Source of the DNA: Fimbriosthenelais zetlandica
Taxonomy: Eukaryota
Assembly: GCA_977030845.1 (NCBI GenBank)
Contig: OZ365116.1
Span: forward strand, 20,398,001 to 20,462,000
Direction: 5' to 3'
Length of the DNA: 64,000 nt
Shown here: piece by piece, positions 53,401 to 61,069 of the stretch
How positions within the stretch are numbered: position 1 is the stretch's first letter
Layout: the number at the start of each line of letters is the position of its first letter
Notes under the pieces: generated by a model
Told to the model about the DNA's origin: nothing
Databases searched by the model: none
Seen by the model: the letters and a program-made list of their open reading frames with translations, nothing else
Position numbers and translations under genes: made by a program

Positions 53401-54484
53401 TATGTAGGGCCTTCATGCTAGTGTTTATTATTCAGGTACGAGGAAGGGATTCGTGCCAAAATAGGAGCCGAGCTATCAGACCTGCGGCAGCAGCAACGCT
53501 CATTTTATGACAGCCTAGAGAACCTCATCGACCAGAATGAAGTCTCTGACGAGGAGGAACAGAAGTAAGTAGTGCCTTGATTAGGCATTGCCTGGTCTTA
53601 TATTGGCTGCCAGTAAAGCCTTAATGTTCTCATAGAATCTTAACATATTCTTACATCTAAAAATAGGCCTATCTCACAGTATGACAATGCTTCTATAAGG
53701 CCTTGGCCTTGGATGCATAATCTGGGTGTTGATAAGTAGCGTGGAATTATTTTTTATGCCATGCTACTCGTGCGTATATATTAAATCTTGAATTGGCTGG
53801 GTAAATCGTCTACCTCTGCTTTTCGATCTTTTTGTCGTTCTAAGCGTGCGTTCGGCGAGTTTTTTTTCCAAAAGTTTTGACATCGCGCTCAAGATGGTGG
53901 TGGAGGAATCAATAGTCCCGATGCGAGTGATTAATTCTGAAGCATGGCATAAAAATAAAGCCAAACTCGGGTTACATACACTTGTAGGGACCACTAAATT
54001 TGAAATTAGGTCGCATGCCATTTGTGAAAGAGGATATGAGGGCTTTTAGATAATGACTACAGGTGTCTGTATCCCTCATTTGGCTCAGTCTTAGTAAGCA
54101 CCCTCAGTAGAAGTTTACATTGTAGATGTAGCACATTGATATATGTGACTATGTGACATTGTAGATGTAGCACATTGATATATGTGACTATGTGACATTG
54201 TAGATGTAGCACATTGATATATGTGACTATGTTACAGACTGGAGCCGTCCTGGGTGGAGCTGGTGTGGCAGCTCTGGCCTGGCTGGTCCTCGTCTGGTAA
54301 GAGGCTCCGCCTGGCGTTAGCTGGCTTCGTCTTCATGCTGGCCTTCCTCAGCCTCATTCTAACTCTGGTACCGGTGAGCCGAGCCACGGAACGTCACCAC
54401 CACCCCATCACCTGGCACTCCATGAAAAACTACATCAAAACATACACACACATACATCGAGAAGAAAGGGGCGCCCCCACTTGA
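2327..54484 (+). CDS. IRAG1/IRAG2-like: IRAG/MRVI1/LRMP-family gene (IP3R-associated tail-anchored ER/nuclear-envelope protein), 16 exons in window, 5' end upstream of window
   Basis: join(2327-2487,5239-5421,5968-8118,11731-11868,20229-20533,33055-33085,38932-39072,44546-44677,45362-45459,45576-45619,45726-45778,50713-50808,52551-52696,52795-52914,53436-53564,54238-54484). All junctions are GT-AG and phase-compatible. The core FTDQEIE-EKFASLALAFKTDKLTLEKRIDLHERARDIAEQNV...[32 protein letters not shown] matches the MRVI1/LRMP coiled coil as recalled. Confidence 0.92.
2990..4400 (-). mobile_element. Decayed CR1/L2-like LINE RT relic
   Basis: QKFLRNSST (like QHGFRxxRST), DHWLFVGQCLAD (like LGPLLFLIYIND) and a C-terminal SFF motif, in the expected order. 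Confidence 0.4.
5239..5421 (+). CDS. IRAG1/IRAG2-like: IRAG-like candidate cassette exon B, Pro-rich (LGIVEVHAP...PIAPPRRPKKQRKSYTTLGQ)
   Basis: Donor CAG|gtatgt at 5421/5422; acceptor gaacag after a long pyrimidine tract; 183 nt, phase 0-0. Start uncertain (alternative acceptor at 5067, in-frame ATG at 5227). Confidence 0.6.
5968..8118 (+). CDS. IRAG1/IRAG2-like: IRAG-like giant exon C (717 codons, low complexity/disordered)
   Basis: Inside the 752-aa ORF 5950-8208; branch-like gactaat plus ttttacccag acceptor, donor CAG|gtcagt at 8118/8119; phase 0-0. Confidence 0.8.
8880..9650 (-). mobile_element. Decayed L2/CR1-like LINE relic
   Basis: LNKIQKR-AIRV-like and GAEWN motifs of the LINE ORF2 C-terminus; IIPIP...ELWVKACNRFIY resembles the RT N-terminal region. 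Confidence 0.35.
11101..11160. repeat. 25-bp tandem repeat x2.4
   Basis: CCATCCATRCCAACAAATCCATCCT x2 plus a partial copy. Confidence 0.9.
11731..11868 (+). CDS. IRAG1/IRAG2-like: IRAG-like exon D (GDTDKSDVKETSPK...INVPLSKIRE)
   Basis: Acceptor tttaccacag, donor GAG|gtatgt, 138 nt, phase 0-0. Confidence 0.75.
12050..12500 (+). mobile_element. Decayed CR1-like LINE C-terminal fragment
   Basis: VYYQHIWNPCSRQHA (like LEYxxxVWNPxxxxxI). Confidence 0.3.
13300..13900 (+). mobile_element. Decayed RTE-like LINE reverse transcriptase
   Basis: EYVYLG...DVDVVRRI (about 13690-13745) and a frameshifted GVRQG/LFNIYxDWV-like segment at about 13475-13550. Confidence 0.5.
20229..20533 (+). CDS. IRAG1/IRAG2-like: IRAG-like exon E (ENLAKKRSLTKQSTMPE...AFPSLPDDTLKQLGL...Q)
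   Basis: Acceptor ttttccttgcag, donor CT|gtacgt (phase 2); FPSLPDDTLKQLGL resembles the IRAG1 MPNISDVLLRKLRV motif before the coiled coil (recalled). Confidence 0.85.
21530..21672. repeat. 38-bp tandem repeat x4, alternating A/B units
   Basis: TTTAATCAGGCCAATAG... alternates with TTTAGTCAGGGCAATAG... Confidence 0.92.
22780..23000. repeat. Polypyrimidine low-complexity tract including C15 (22897-22911)
   Basis: Direct inspection; similar CT-rich tracts at about 8180-8340, 43150-43440 and 58860-59120. Confidence 0.8.
24790..25770 (-). mobile_element. Second decayed Gypsy-like integrase fragment
   Basis: LHDEH...AKLWPGM (like LHxxH...YWPGM) followed by ITSPHYP (like TSSPYYPQSNG). Confidence 0.35.
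27200..30270 (-). mobile_element. Highly decayed Gypsy/Ty3 pol relic (RT-RNaseH-integrase order)
   Basis: Minus-strand fragments in Gypsy order: MDYGEIKR...KLPHI (like VDYRxLN...PLPRI, about 29700), GAKVLYGN (like RNaseH YLYG, about 28480), LILP...GCHDVERVTT (integrase Zn region, about 27800), SVHHQLGNLVRR (like PYHPQGNGLVER, about 27230). Many stops; no LTRs recognised. Confidence 0.55.
32143..32202. repeat. Perfect 30-bp tandem duplication
   Basis: AAACCAGAATACGAATTAGTGGTATTCTAA x2. Confidence 0.95.
33055..33085 (+). CDS. IRAG1/IRAG2-like: IRAG-like 31-nt microexon F (GEQFTDQEIE)
   Basis: Strong acceptor cttctctctttctctcttttcag, donor GAG|gtaagt; bridges phase 2 to phase 0 and supplies the LTEKEVE-equivalent motif. 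Confidence 0.88.
33303..33310. promoter_or_regulatory. Full palindromic CRE (TGACGTCA)
   Basis: Exact 8-mer in a locally CpG-rich intron patch; could be chance. Confidence 0.25.
35080..35360 (+). mobile_element. Decayed CR1-like RT fragment
   Basis: IYFETWHNVSHRRL-CKL (like IYLDFxKAFDxVxHxRLLxKL), then NRQFV and GELPYSISN. Confidence 0.4.
38932..39072 (+). CDS. IRAG1/IRAG2-like: IRAG-like exon G, coiled coil (EKFASLALAFKTDKLTLEKR...KEAMK)
   Basis: Acceptor tttctactttcag, donor AAG|gtgggt; hallmark LxLAFxxDxxTLExR motif. Confidence 0.95.
40250..40520 (+). mobile_element. Decayed LINE RT fragment
   Basis: VGLIDLSS and TYCKVPRRI*NGP (like TCGVPQGSILGP). Confidence 0.3.
41800..42040 (-). mobile_element. 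Decayed RTE-like RT fragment
   Basis: KAFHPLGS...TNLEA weakly resembles KFxYLGS...RIAKA. Confidence 0.25.
44546..44677 (+). CDS. IRAG1/IRAG2-like: IRAG-like exon H (ALSPFCTN...[21 protein letters not shown])
   Basis: Not in the supplied ORF track; acceptor tgtgtcttttcag, donor CAG|gtgagt; SSRAEVxGAVxQ hallmark. Confidence 0.93.
45362..45459 (+). CDS. IRAG1/IRAG2-like: IRAG-like exon I ([32 protein letters not shown])
   Basis: Acceptor ctactgcag, donor AG|gtgggt (phase 2); MSKAxEVMxxHVENLKR hallmark. Confidence 0.95.
45576..45619 (+). CDS. IRAG1/IRAG2-like: IRAG-like exon J (RKLLTENKVIGQNAD)
   Basis: Acceptor ttttatttttccag, donor G|gtgagt; phase 2 to 1; 116-nt intron upstream. Confidence 0.85.
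45726..45778 (+). CDS. IRAG1/IRAG2-like: IRAG-like exon K (GDGLQKRSYSLAGGGGLK)
   Basis: Acceptor tcttgttgcag, donor AAG|gtatgt; phase 1 to 0. Confidence 0.85.
50713..50808 (+). CDS. IRAG1/IRAG2-like: IRAG-like exon L (LGGRRRASVAVFPRKLS...DPPM)
   Basis: Acceptor ttgttttcag, donor ATG|gtcagt; RRRASVAV resembles IRAG1 RRRVSVAV (recalled). Confidence 0.9.
51000..52220 (-). mobile_element. Decayed L2/Crack-like LINE relic
   Basis: PRWKTGIKL (like WKxAxVxP) upstream of RHLKSLNLIHF*RDIY (like PLFKSLNLLKLxDIY). Confidence 0.35.
52551..52696 (+). CDS. IRAG1/IRAG2-like: IRAG-like exon M (DPKTRFQTLVAD...KGNTSL)
   Basis: Acceptor catgtttcag, donor AG|gtgaga (phase 2); an equally in-phase donor lies at 52624/52625. 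Confidence 0.8.
52795..52914 (+). CDS. IRAG1/IRAG2-like: IRAG-like exon N (RKLDGKVNVQ...DQEAVFQK)
   Basis: Acceptor tttttatttccag, donor GG|gtaagt; phase 2-2. Confidence 0.85.
53436..53564 (+). CDS. IRAG1/IRAG2-like: IRAG-like exon O (GYEEGIRAKIGAELSDLRQQQ...DEEEQ)
   Basis: Acceptor ttattattcag, donor AA|gtaagt; the joined FQKGYEEG resembles the IRAG1 YSKGFQEG motif (recalled). Confidence 0.88.
53764..54021 (-). mobile_element. LINE RT fragment, CpG-rich
   Basis: ILSAMSKLLEKKLAER (like ILxxxSKLLEKxVxxR, the motif after NYRPIS). Confidence 0.35.
54117..54233. repeat. 39-bp tandem repeat x3 abutting the terminal-exon acceptor
   Basis: ACATTGTAGATGTAGCACATTGATATATGTGACTATGTG, near-perfect copies; the last ends TATGTT followed by ACAG. 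Confidence 0.97.
54238..54484 (+). CDS. IRAG1/IRAG2-like: IRAG-like terminal exon P: TM helix (about 54311-54376) plus 35-aa KASH-like tail ending RGAPT*
   Basis: Acceptor gttacag, phase 2; hydrophobic LALAGFVFMLAFLSLILTLVPV after basic KRLR; TGA at 54482-54484. Confidence 0.9.
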
Positions 54485-56115
54485 AAAGGAATTTTCCATA
54501 TCCATGACATCATTTCCATTTGATTCAGAATTCGTGCTAAGCCATTTCTCTTCGTGACTTGGGTAAAGTTTCGTTTTAGAACCTGAAAGTTGCCCTCAAT
54601 ATAGTTAATGAATGGAGGTATTGGTGTGAGCGATGTGTGCCCGTGGTCTGTCAATGTGTGGTGATATGGCTCATCTTGCCCAGATCTGGGCTTCACCAAT
54701 ATACACCAGAGACTTGACTGCTGTCTTCTTTCCTACTAGTCTTTTGTTTCTCTTTCCACTGTGAAGCATATAAGGAAGAACAAAACTTATCTTCGGCTCA
54801 TCATATGCAATACTTTGTTCTTCGTAGTCATATCTACAAACGTTAGCTCTTTGGTCTTACAAGTCTTCAAGTATTTGAATTCCACCGCAGTTTTCATTAT
54901 ATTACGGTGCAGTTTAGAGAGAATTATTAACTATTGAATATGGAAAATTAATCTGTATCATGAATGGTTGGTCGGAATGAGCTTAACTGTGATGATTATT
55001 GACATAGTGGATGGTATCTAGTTGGCGGTCAGGAGTAGATAGAGTGCTCACATTGGGCTTCATCCTACAGCTCCCCACATTGTTCTTACTGGCAGTAATG
55101 TAGGAATATATTATGTATACTCTGTATTGACTGACTGTGATCATCTGAAAACTCTCATCATCAGCAAATCTGTATTATATAGCACTCTTATCTCAGAGAA
55201 CCCCAAGACTACAAAGACAAATAATGGCTTATCGGGGTCTAGTTTTGGGGACATGATCTTTCTGCAGAAATCTAAATGGACATTCTATATCTTAATATAT
55301 AATTATTACCACATATGTACAAAGTTGTCAAATTCATATTGTATATAGCTTTGGTTGTTTTCTCCCTTCCCCACTGGATTATCTGGTACATATGAATCAT
55401 ATCAACAGTACGGGGGTTAATTTTCTGTTCCTTCACTGTAAATTATAATTGGAGCTCCGGAGTTTAAATGGGAATTATTATACAAAATTTATGTCAACAT
55501 GGACTGGGTGGGATCCAAAATGAAAGATGTTCCCCTGATGTAGATCCATGGTCATTTTATGTGTTTCTATAAAAAGAGAAAAGAGATCTTTCAGATAGTG
55601 GTATTATAGTATTCATTTGACAGAAGTAGAGCTGAAGTTAAAATCTAGTCTTTCAAAGTATCATCTGATGATGTATAACGTATTTATAATCTAGTGGTAA
55701 TGTGTGTTCAGTCGTGGCTGAAGATCAAAGCAAGACATGGGATTGAGAGTCCACTAACATTGAGATTTTGAACATAAATGGCCACACTGAAAAGGAAAGG
55801 AGTCGGTAGTAGTATTCACCTTTGAATGGGAAGGTCCTTCATCGGCAGTGCCCATCAGTTAGGCTTTCATAAAGTCAGAAAAGTGTATCTATTTTCACAC
55901 ACAAAAAATCAAGATATTTTCACTCCAAATCGTGTGAAGATAAGAGTGAATCTCTGATAAACTATATTGAGATTATATTCACCGGACTCTGAAGGTTCTA
56001 ATGCATGGGTCTTCCAATGTCAGCCGGCCAATGTTCATTAAAAGCCACTCAGTCTCTCTCAACCCTGGGATCTATTCGATAAGTTGTACATCTAAAAAAG
56101 AAAAAAATCATTACA

Positions 56116-56121
56116 AATAAA
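56116..56121 (+). terminator. Candidate polyadenylation signal of the IRAG-like gene (second candidate 56352-56357)
   Basis: First AATAAA I noticed downstream of the stop codon, followed by T-rich sequence. Confidence 0.35.
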
Positions 56122-56800
56122 GTTCTTTATCACTTTATTGGCGTCACTAATTTATTATGTCCCCATGTTGTCAGATCTCAACGTTTTACTAAATGATTCA
56201 GTTGCAAATATTAAATGTTTTATGAGGATCGTTTTCATTCTGTAAATTTTACTGTCTCCACGAGGGGGAGTGAGTGTTTCAATGTGCTCGGAGCAACTCA
56301 GGTTCTCCCTCTGGTGTGGATACCACGCATTCATCATTTTATCTGTTGTATAATAAACTCCATGTACATTCATTTTATATCATGACTTGTATCTCTTTAT
56401 TACAGATAAGCAGTAAGTACTAGTGACTTATAAAGTCCACTGGACAAGCAGATAGCAGACCTAGAATATGTAGACAAATAGTGGAGTACTATGGTAGGCC
56501 TATATTGATTTATTAGTAGAATGTTAAGAATGTTTCAATGTTTCCTAGGCTTAAGTATAATTCATTAAGTACATGTATTTCGGAATATGCACACATATCC
56601 ACGCATCATTAATCCAAACCGACAAGGAGGACATCACGATTTAGTTATCGTCCCTTTGAATGAATGAAATATGTGCATTCGTTAATTCTAAGATAAATGT
56701 CTAAATTCGTCGATTGTTTTCGTCTGTTGACTAACACGTCAGTGAGGAATCTACCACTATTAATCAAGACGTCCCGAGTAGATTAGCATGCAGTGGATTT

Positions 56801-56814
56801 GTTGTCATGGCAAC
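56801..56814. promoter_or_regulatory. RFX X-box
   Basis: GTTGTCATGGCAAC, 13/14 match to the palindromic GTTGCCATGGCAAC, in a CpG-retaining patch between the two genes. Confidence 0.6.
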
Positions 56815-57348
56815 CATTGTAAATCACTGCCTATTGTCAGGGAATTATGCCATACTCAATGTGGTACCAGTCACAAATAATACATGAATGCTTAACTCCT
56901 AATATCCTAGCCATAAATTAGTGCCCTGCCCTGTCACCCTGTCTCACCCCGTGGATCTATATCTTAACAATAAGGGTATCATGTATGCGTTTAGTCTCGT
57001 TAGGTGTTACACAATCCCAAGAGATTATGCAAATGAGGGAGCATCGTTGCATATTCAATATGATTCATATAACCTAATGATGCAGTTTATAAATGTATAA
57101 ACGATATCGCCAACAATGTGCCCACCTCCTAAATAGGGTGTAGCTTTCCCCTTATGCATTCATGAATGTAAGGGAAGGTAGGGGGTAAATGGATTATCTA
57201 TACCTGACTGCCAGTGCAAGTCATGTAGAACTTTACCCGTAGATAAGATTTGGTATTGCAATTTGTTCCACTCGCATGGATCTGTATGGGCTTCAATAGG
57301 TAAAGACCAGCCTTTCTCCAGTATTTGCACTTAAAAAGACTGGACAAT

Positions 57349-57924
57349 GGCAGTAGATATTTGGCAGACATTAGGTTTGCGATATGGCGGGTAGATATTT
57401 GGCAGTCATTGAGATTTTCATGGGTTGAGGCAGTAGATATGGCGGGTGTATATTTGGCAGACGTTAGGTCTGAGATATGGCGGGTACATATTTGGCAGAC
57501 ATTAGGTCTGAGATATGGCGGGTAGCCTACATATTTGGCAGACATTAGGTCTGAGATATGGCGGGTAGATATTTGGCAGACGTTAGGTCTGAGATTGTGA
57601 TTGCAGACATGGGTTGAGGCAGTTTATGGCGAGTAGATATTTGGCAGACATTAGGTCTGAGATATGGCGGGTAGATATTTGGCAGACGTTAGGTCTGAGA
57701 TATGGCGGGTAGATATTTGGCAGACATTAGGTCTGAGATATGGGGCATATGGCGGGTAGATATTTGGCAGACGTTAGGTCTGAGATATGGCGGGTAGAGA
57801 TTTGGCAGACGTTAGGTCTGAGATATGGCGGGTAGAGATTTGGCAGACGTTAGGTTTGAGATATGGCGGGTAGATATTTGGCAGACGTTTGGTCTGAGAT
57901 TGTGATTGTAGACATGGCTTGAGG
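57349..57924. repeat. 38-bp minisatellite (about 13 units) with higher-order structure
   Basis: Unit AGATATGGCGGGTAGATATTTGGCAGACRTTAGGTCTG, with three related interruptions (GAGATT...ATGGGTTGAGGCAGT). Confidence 0.97.
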
Positions 57925-60900
57925 GAGCCACTGACACTTGCTCACGATGATTTACGAGGTCCTCTTCTGGAGCATGACATGGCTCCACACTATTCATAAT
58001 GAGAAACAGGCGGGTAGGGAGCTTATATTGAGATATAAATATTACATGAAACGTCCCAGACATGACACACACCCGTCCACCCCAGCCATGTCCCCCATCC
58101 TCCCAGCCATGCAATCCCCTGACACCTCCACGTCTGCAGGTCAGTGAGTCTCCTTCACCCACTTTCCAGTCTGCATGGTTCTGAACATCTCTCAGAGAGA
58201 AAACCCCTGAAATATGTGTGGGAAATATATTAATAATGTGTCTCAGAAGTTGGAGTATTCTAGACTTATCCTGAATACAAGAACATGAAAAAGTTAAGTA
58301 AAAGAAATCGTGGAGACCAAATTAAACATTTAAGTGCTGATATCTTCAATATCGAAATGTCCAGAAGATGGATGGAGATCTGATTTGACAGGTAACCCCT
58401 CCTGACGGGGCTTTTTATGATTGGATGCTAAAACATGTTGATATGATTGTGGGGGAGGCGGGGGTGTTGAATAATGATTATTATGACAGATACCTCCACC
58501 CTCCAGGCTAGGCAGCCCAGCAGGCATTATTATTTCACAGACTTCCCAGTAGGGGACGTGAGAATGTTGAGGGGGAGGGGGAAGGAATGCATTGTGTAGG
58601 GTGCGGCACCTGCTCCCCACGAGCACCTTGTTAGTTTGTGATTTTAATCCTCCTGACACCCCTACCACTGCCTAAACCATGCCTGATAAAGCCCCTGTGG
58701 TTAACCCTTCCCCGCATCAGATTACCCGCAACAGTTTCACCCATATCTAAATGGGGGTACTTTCTTGCTGATTATGTACTTTTATTTGAGATATTTAGGG
58801 ATTTGAGAAGCAGGAATGTTGCTCGGAATCCAGCTACCTGTGGCCTCAGGTATCATACCCTTCATCTACCCTCTACTCCCTCCTCCAGCCCTGCTGCTCC
58901 TCTTCCTTCTCACATTCCTCCTGCTCCTTCCTTTACTTTATATTGCCTCCTACTCCTCCAGTAAGCTTTCCTCCAGAGTGCTGCTGCCTCCTCTACCTCT
59001 TGCCCACCTCCTCCTCCTGCACATGGCTCTCTCCCACCGGGCCTCCAGTAGAGAGAGAGCCTAGCAGATCAATACTACTCCTGCTGCTTCTCCTCCTCCT
59101 CCTTCTCCACGGTCTAACCCTCCTCCAGCACCACCTCCAGAGCATGTGGCTGATCGACAGAATGCAGAAGTAGGTCAGTGGATGGCACTGCCTCCTCACA
59201 GGACCGGAAACATCCTTTGGTGGAGAAAAGCGCATGCTCCCCTCTGTCAGTACACACAACAGTGCAATAGGCGGAGTGAGCATGCCATTCAGTGAGAGAG
59301 CAGCTCGGGGAGTAGTGAGAGGCGTGCTGTCCTCCTCTGCTATAGCTCTATAGCAGTTGTGTAGTGGATGGCAGCATGGTGACACAGCACTGGAATTGGC
59401 ATCCTGGCTGTGTGCAACCTGTTACAATAACTGATACAGCCATGGAGTAAGTAGTATATAGGATTGATGGTTAAACGCTGGGCACAACACACACCTAACC
59501 ACCACCATCATATCCACACTCCTCCCGGGTCTTCAGCTGGATTACAGAGGCAGGACTTTAAGTGAGGATTGGATGGATGAGGCCTCAGCCTCCTCCTCCT
59601 GTGAGCTACTGGAGGTGTATATAGCACATAGCTACTTCCTCCTGTCCTTCATCCCCCACTGACTGCACTATTCTCCTCCATTCACTCAATGCTTTATAAC
59701 GGTCAGCAGCACACAGATCCATCTCTATCCTAATTCCTTCCTCCCCTCATTTGCCAATCTCCTGACGTGAAAGCTGTCATGGTATTGTAGAGGAGATGAT
59801 GGAGACGGAGAGGTCAGCGGTGTATATCTTAACCCATACAACATGCACTGAGGTTACCGTGACAGACTGCTAGGACACTGTACCAAACAAACCAGCTCCA
59901 AACAGCCCTACAGACTGCTCCACTCCACAATAACTCGATCTGCAACTCTTCACTACTATTTGACTACCACAGATACAAATATAAGCTGTTTTTCTCCAGC
60001 CCCTTATCTTTGGAAACCGGATGCTTTTGATGCGCATCTGTTAACATTAGAGCATGGATCATTGAGTATCAAAGCTACCATTTCCAAAGGGGGTTTATAA
60101 GCTGGAATATGCCGCAAAATAAACTTGAAATCCTCAAGGCAGACTGGGCTTAACAGAGGAATTCGTGATTGGGAGGTAACCAGGTTGTATGTTTTCCTAC
60201 AGCATCCCTGAAGCTCCTTTGAAGCCAAGATCAATAAGTATGTCTGACTGCCCCTTACAGGTCAGCTTTTGATCTCTTTTTTTCTTTCTCCAGTCAGCCC
60301 ACTGAAGCAATAGACGCTGCCTACCATTCCCATCTCACCAATACACTCAACTCTAACATTTATTGCTACAACTGCCCACCCTTCTATGTCGCCTGCCGCT
60401 AAATCCCATATCTGTCTCTATCCAAGGCTCACAGTACTTAGGCGTCCGATGGTAAACGAAGTTAACACCGTGTGATCCATGCTTGATTGCACACGTTTCC
60501 AACACTCCCCGTTAATTAGCGGCGATGAACTCTCATTACAGACTCTGCCTTATGACATGGCTTCATCATATGGGTCGGCAATACACGCCATGAGGCAGCT
60601 CTGTGTCTTTAAGACGGCTTGGAGTTAGAGTCAGTACATGGCTTAGAACTGGAATCCCATCTCTTGTAGGACATCATTGAAATCCTGATGAGATATGGGA
60701 ATAATAAGACAATATGAAGTGACTTCTGGTTTTACAGACACTATAGAAGCGGAAAGAAGCTTTAGTTTGGACTGGAACATGTACATACCAGCAACATAAC
60801 TGAGCTTAACCTTTTGCAAGAACTGCAAGATTTTGAGCAGCTCACAATGGGAACAGTTTACCCAATGACAATGTTGTGTCTAATAACTTGAGCATGAATT

Positions 60901-61069
60901 GCCTATTTGTGGGGTGAGAATGCAGATGTGTGGGTGTCAAAGTCCACTACTCTTATTGACTGACGACTAAATCACATGTAGCCCACCTAGTATAGGTAGT
61001 AGGGTATCTACCCCACCTCCTTCTCTTCCTTCCATCTCCTCCATCTTCTCCTCCATCCACGGCCCAACC

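Noticed and set aside
57349-57924. CRISPR-like array of roughly 38-bp hairpin repeats
   Set aside because: Units are directly adjacent with no unique spacers, no cas genes, and the context is eukaryotic; it is a minisatellite. The ORFs overlapping it (57198-57545, 57325-57525) are repeat artefacts.
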